Of a stretch of DNA of 48,785 nt, positions 47,245 to 48,785 are shown piece by piece (the first letter of the stretch is position 1; every line of letters starts with the position of its first letter). Below the pieces are notes generated by a model that did no database searches, was not told where the DNA came from, and worked only from the letters and a program-made list of their open reading frames with translations. The translations under genes and the position numbers were made by a program. Source of the DNA: Bacteroides sp. (lineage in GTDB: Bacteria; Bacteroidota; Bacteroidia; Bacteroidales; SM23-62); the NCBI GenBank assembly GCA_030640625.1, contig DAOWJB010000076.1, positions 1 through 48,785 of the forward strand, given 5' to 3'.

Positions 47245-48785
47245 GATAATTCCTCCAATATTTCATTGTACTTATACTTCAATTCTGAGATCATAAATGG
47301 CAGTCCCTGGATCTTATTATACTTCAAATATTCAAATTCCGGGTACTCCATCCTCAGGTAACTGGCAAATTGTCCCAGGTTCAATTCACACACGATCCTT
47401 TTTTTGAATCCTTTAAGTACCTCCCGTGTATTTGCCGGAAGCGGTCTAATGAAATTGAACTGGGCTAAGCTGATGCTTTTCCCATCATCCTGCAGTTCCT
47501 CAACTGCTGTGATCAGGGCACCATATGTACCTCCCCAGCCGATGACCAGCAGGTCGCCTTCCTTTTCCCCGATGATTTCCTGTTCTGGGATAAATTCAAC
47601 CACCTTCTGGACCTTGGCCTCCCTTTGTTCGACCATAATCTGGTGATTCAGGGGGTCATTCGATATTTCCCCCGTAATATCCGCTTTTTCCAATCCGCCC
47701 ACCTGGTGACGTAACCCTTCCTGCCCAGGTATCGCCCAGTACCTGGCCAGTTTATCCGGACGCCGGTGATAGGGGTAGAAATTCGGATCATTGTCTTCCA
47801 CGACAGGGACCTCAATATCCGGCAGGTCATTTACATCCGGGATATGCCATAATTCTGAACCATTCGCCAGGTACCCGTCAGTTAGCAGGATCACCGGGGT
47901 CATATGCTCGATCGCTATTTTGGAAGCTTTATATGCATAATCAAAACAATTGGCCGGTGTACTTGCGGCAATAACAACGACAGGACTCTCCCCGCTCCTT
48001 CCATACAGAGCCTGCATCAGGTCAGCTTGTTCCGTTTTGGTCGGAAGTCCCGTAGAGGGCCCGCCCCTTTGAACATTCACAATTACCAGGGGCAACTCGG
48101 TCATGACTGCCAGTCCGATTCCTTCACCTTTCAACGCAAGTCCGGGTCCGGATGTAGTAGTCACTGCCAGCTTGCCAGCAAAACTGGCACCGATCGCCGA
48201 ACAGATCCCGGCAATCTCGTCCTCTGCCTGGAATGATATTGCCCCCAGGTGTTTCATGCCGGCAATTTCCTGAAGAATTTCTGAGGCGGGTGTTATAGGA
48301 TAGGAACCCAGAAAGAGAGGTCTGCCGGATCTTTCTGCAGCAGCCAGCAATCCCCATGAGGTAGCCTGGTTGCCTGTGATATTTCTGAACAACCCTTTTT
48401 TCTTGAGGGCCGGATTCACCATGAAGGTGGTTGTCATGGCCTCGATGGTTTCAGCATAATTATAACCCTCCCGCAGGACCTTGATGTTTGCCTTGACAAG
48501 TTCGGGCTTCTTGCCAAATTTTGCTTCCAGAAAACCTTCACCGATCTTGATATCCCGGTTGAACAACCAATATAGCAGTCCGGCTACAAACTGGTTTTTT
48601 GTCTTGTCGGCTGTCTGGTTATCCAATCCGAATTCCTGTACTGTAGACCTGGTCAACGTTGTAATGGGTGCTTTCACCACATTGTAGCCTTCCAGGCTGC
48701 CATCATCAAGCGGGTCTTCGATGTAGCCAGCCTTCTTATAATGCTTGCTATCGAAATTACCAATATCGATAATGATGGTAGCGCC
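47241..48785 (-). CDS. korA: 2-oxoacid:ferredoxin oxidoreductase alpha subunit; 5' part lies outside the window
   Basis: YPITPASE, QAEDEIA, TTSGPG, QRGGPSTGLPTKTEQAD. The frame stays open past 48680 to the window end, and the stop overlaps the korB start (ATGA). Confidence 0.93.
   Translation of the reverse strand, partial: GATIIIDIGNFDSKHYKKAGYIEDPLDDGSLEGYNVVKAPITTLTRSTVQEFGLDNQTADKTKNQFVAGLLYWLFNRDIKIGEGFLEAKFGKKPELVKANIKVLREGYNYAETIEAMTTTFMVNPALKKKGLFRNITGNQATSWGLLAAAERSGRPLFLGSYPITPASEILQEIAGMKHLGAISFQAEDEIAGICSAIGASFAGKLAVTTTSGPGLALKGEGIGLAVMTELPLVIVNVQRGGPSTGLPTKTEQADLMQALYGRSGESPVVVIAASTPANCFDYAYKASKIAIEHMTPVILLTDGYLANGSELWHIPDVNDLPDIEVPVVEDNDPNFYPYHRRPDKLARYWAIPGQEGLRHQVGGLEKADITGEISNDPLNHQIMVEQREAKVQKVVEFIPEQEIIGEKEGDLLVIGWGGTYGALITAVEELQDDGKSISLAQFNFIRPLPANTREVLKGFKKRIVCELNLGQFASYLRMEYPEFEYLKYNKIQGLPFMISELKYKYNEILEELS

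Noticed and set aside
47241-48680. korA as a truncated 479-aa gene or pseudogene
   Set aside because: The reading frame is open to the window edge, so the true start lies outside the window.
734-48687. Many short antisense or frame-shifted ORFs in the track (e.g. 3771-4241, 5052-5669, 23020-23688, 35402-35938)
   Set aside because: They overlap well-supported genes and show no recognisable motifs; they are shadow ORFs.

Overview
Core-genome window from an anaerobic Bacteroidota (Bacteroidales/Marinilabiliales-like) chromosome, judged from gene content and many TAnnTTTG -7 promoter boxes. I see no mobile elements, CRISPR arrays, rRNA or tRNA. Order: partial Na+:solute symporter; recR-lysA-GT2-E2; three tandem PorE-like TPR/PD40 paralogs; GNAT; stand-alone HsdR-N; amn-holA-rhomboid-class IV aminotransferase-like; YqgE/AlgH; nhaC; fused 2-oxoacid dehydrogenase E1; small Cys-rich membrane protein; nqrABCDEF-apbE; T9SS plug (DUF5103); HD protein; DUF1858-PTPS-folE; fabD; thrABC; glutamate dehydrogenase; two tandem 'PEP synthase-like' proteins; korB and partial korA. 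Best candidate for an undescribed system: the two 'PEP synthase-like' paralogs lack the pyruvate/PEP barrel. They instead combine receiver domains with an intact phospho-Asp, a PPDK-type ATP-grasp domain and a putative C-terminal phospho-His swivel (G[T/S]HFF), which suggests a dikinase-based His-Asp signalling pair between korAB and gdh. Also notable: a membrane-tethered PorE-like protein with five unrecognised ~66-aa repeats, a 105-nt rod-like RNA hairpin, a perfect 22-bp palindrome upstream of nqr, a candidate NqrM analogue and two apparent pseudo-enzyme domains. All calls come from reading motifs by eye; no database search was run.
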